A stretch of 61,961 bases of DNA, counting the filler, from Pseudomonadota bacterium (GTDB taxonomy: Bacteria > Desulfobacterota > Desulfobacteria > Desulfobacterales > JBDRRP01), in the NCBI GenBank assembly GCA_043825735.1. It is 6 parts of 6 records of this genome, joined end to end, with 100 filler letters (N's around TTAATTAATTAA, not from the genome) between each part and the next. Parts side by side here need not be neighbours in the genome. Positions count along the whole stretch, not along the records: positions 57,922 to 61,961 come from JBDRRP010000147.1; 5 more parts are not named here. One strand, written 5' to 3'. Positions 60,141-61,961 of this stretch are shown piece after piece (the stretch's first letter is position 1; the number at the start of each line of letters is the position of its first letter). The notes under the pieces were generated by a model. It was not told where the DNA came from and ran no database searches. It saw only the letters and a program-made list of their open reading frames with translations. Made by a program: the position numbers and the translations under genes.

Positions 60141-60954
60141 CATCATTGACGGCATCTACATGCACAATCAGCCCGTTTTTGTCGTCAACTACGCTCTGAA
60201 CCGCGTAGCACGGATGGGTGCCTTGGGGGCTTTTCATCTGCGCACTTTGCGGATCGATCCGATTTACTTGACGAAATTTGCCGTCTTTGGTGTGTTCGCT
60301 CAGATTTTCAAACTCTGCTAAGGCCGATTCAATGGTGGCTTTCAAACGCTGTTGATCTTTGAGTTCCTCAGGCATTTTTATCAGCGAGCCGCTTTGCGCT
60401 TCACGCTGATCGATCCGTTCACATTCGGCCAGGAGCTTGTCGATCCGCTGATCGACTTCTTTAAGCTGCTTTTGATACCAGCGCTTGTCATGTTGCTGGG
60501 CTTTACCCGCATTGGCCCACAACTTGGTGCTGTCAACAAACAAAATGTTGCCCTGGATCAGATCCAGCTTTAAACATAATCGGGCGCAGAGTTTTAAAGC
60601 CTTTTTCAAAGCCGCTTTATGATTGCGTCGAAATTCGGCAATCGTTTTATGGTCTGGCTTTAAATTCTTCAGCAGCCAAATAAAAGATAAATTGTTGTGC
60701 AGTTCTCTTTCAAGTTTTCTTGAACTTTTAACGCCGTAACTGTATCCGTATAAAAGCAGTTTGAGCATCAGATGCGGATCATACTGACTGTTTCCTACTT
60801 TGCGCTCGTCAATATCAATGTCCAACTGGTCAAACTCGAGCGCATCGACAAAGGCATCGTATGCCCGAACCGGATGCTCTATTGAAACGTACTGATCTAT
60901 GCTCTCTGGAAACAGAATCATTTGGTTGCGATCATCGCCATATCGGTATGCCAT
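60141..60954 (-). pseudogene. IS1182-family transposase, 5' part, interrupted by the intron
   Basis: YDPHLMLKLLLYGY...SSRKLE...PDHKTIAEFRR, VDSTKLWANA, YAVQSVVD; frame runs into antisense intron domain VI. Confidence 0.88.
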
Positions 60955-61047
60955 TGCTTGCTCCTTTTTGTATCAGTGCTATAGCATATCGATAGGGCAA
61001 AATTAAGTGTTTTAACGCACAGTAAATCATAATTGCGACACAGTCTC
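60141..61047 (-). mobile_element. IS1182-family element, left part
   Basis: Probable terminal repeat GAGACTGTGTCGCAA (reverse complement of 61033-61047) upstream of the transposase. Confidence 0.75.
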
Positions 61048-61119
61048 GCAGGCGGGAATCCAGTATTTTTAATAACTTTTCTGGATTCCGGCTTTCCGCT
61101 ACGCTGCGGCCGGAATGAC
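61048..61119. repeat. REP pair, first copy truncated by the IS
   Basis: gcaggcgggaatccag ... ctggattccggc...gccggaatgac. Confidence 0.7.
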
Positions 61120-61169
61120 ATATTTAATTGCCTGGTTAATACATTCAATTTAACAATTGTGGCACAGTG

Positions 61170-61961
61170 CTATCGTCGAAGCAACTGCGACCAGCGCTTA
61201 TCTTTCAAAACGTCGCGGTTGGCGATATTCAAAGGCTCCTTTTCCTGCAACACATCGATAACGCATTCGGCCGCTTCGGTAGCCATCCGGATGACGCATT
61301 CACGGGTCAGAGCGGCCGTATGCGGGGTTAGGATGACATTGTCAAGCTTCAGCAACTTGTTGTCGGCGGCAGGCGGTTCCTGTTCCAGAACATCCAGGCC
61401 GGCGCCTCCTATTTTTTTGTTCTGCAGTGCCTCGGCCAGCGCGGCTTCATCAACAACCGGGCCGCGGGAGGTGTTGATCAGGAGCGCCTCCGGTTTCATC
61501 ATGGCGAACTCTTTGGCGCCCACCGCATGGCGTGTCCCTTCCGTCAGGGGGATATGGATGGAGATAATATCCGACTGGCTGAAGAGGGTTTCAAGGGCGA
61601 CAAACTTGACCCCCTTCCCGGCAGATCGTTTTAATTCTTCCGGCAGGAAGGGGTCGTACGCAAGCACCTTCATCCCGAAAATCTGGCGGCAGGCCTCTCC
61701 GAGGGTCGAGCCGATCCGGCCAAAACCCATTAAACCGAGGGTCTGACCGCGCAGGTCCCGGGGCAGATTCCGGTATCGCACTGAAAACCGGTCGGCGCGG
61801 ACCGAGCGGTCCATCAGGGGAAGCTGTTTGGACAGCGCCAACATGAGGGCCAGAGCGTGCTCCACCACGCTGATCGTGTTGACGCCGACGTTGGAGGTGA
61901 CGATCACCCCTTTTTCCGTGGCCGCCGCCACATCGACGTTATCAACGCCGCCGCCGGTGCG
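61170..61961 (-). CDS. D-isomer-specific 2-hydroxyacid dehydrogenase (SerA-like), 5'-truncated by window edge
   Basis: GLMGFGRIG, YDP, HIPLT, INTSRG, GLDV.EQEP, TPHTA. Confidence 0.9.
   Translation of the reverse strand, partial: RTGGGVDNVDVAAATEKGVIVTSNVGVNTISVVEHALALMLALSKQLPLMDRSVRADRFSVRYRNLPRDLRGQTLGLMGFGRIGSTLGEACRQIFGMKVLAYDPFLPEELKRSAGKGVKFVALETLFSQSDIISIHIPLTEGTRHAVGAKEFAMMKPEALLINTSRGPVVDEAALAEALQNKKIGGAGLDVLEQEPPAADNKLLKLDNVILTPHTAALTRECVIRMATEAAECVIDVLQEKEPLNIANRDVLKDKRWSQLLRR

Overview
The window is six contigs joined by five artificial 100-bp linkers (44 N + TTAATTAATTAA + 44 N), so adjacency across linkers is not evidence. Gene content suggests an anaerobic Desulfobacterales-like deltaproteobacterium (inference). 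Contig 1 (1-8227) is part of a type III BREX-like locus (DUF6079/BrxC end, PglXI-like methyltransferase, SNF2 helicase) with an inserted Schlafen/AlbA_2-ATPase-wHTH gene. Contig 2 (8328-14871) has an HTH gene, a PLD-SNF2 helicase, a second Schlafen/AlbA_2 gene and the start of a type IIG-like RM enzyme. Contig 3 (14972-24121) has the end of an integrative element at tRNA-Leu(CAG), then ribF, a flippase-like gene, def, fmt, rsmB and a PASTA gene; a MITE sits inside the start of fmt and supplies a new RBS and ATG. Contig 4 (24222-52316) has tRNA-Lys(CTT), kptA-like/NFACT/fxsA, a Trx-TrxR fusion, a probable selenoprotein (in-frame TGA plus hairpin), GT4, pyk, ybaK-like, and a PadR-led 10-gene catabolic cluster built around an atypical glycyl radical enzyme with no activase. 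Contig 5 (52417-57821) is two-component signalling genes. Contig 6 (57922-61961) is a group II intron inserted antisense in an IS1182, itself inserted in a REP palindrome, plus a partial 2-hydroxyacid dehydrogenase. All family calls are from motif recognition by eye; no searches were run.
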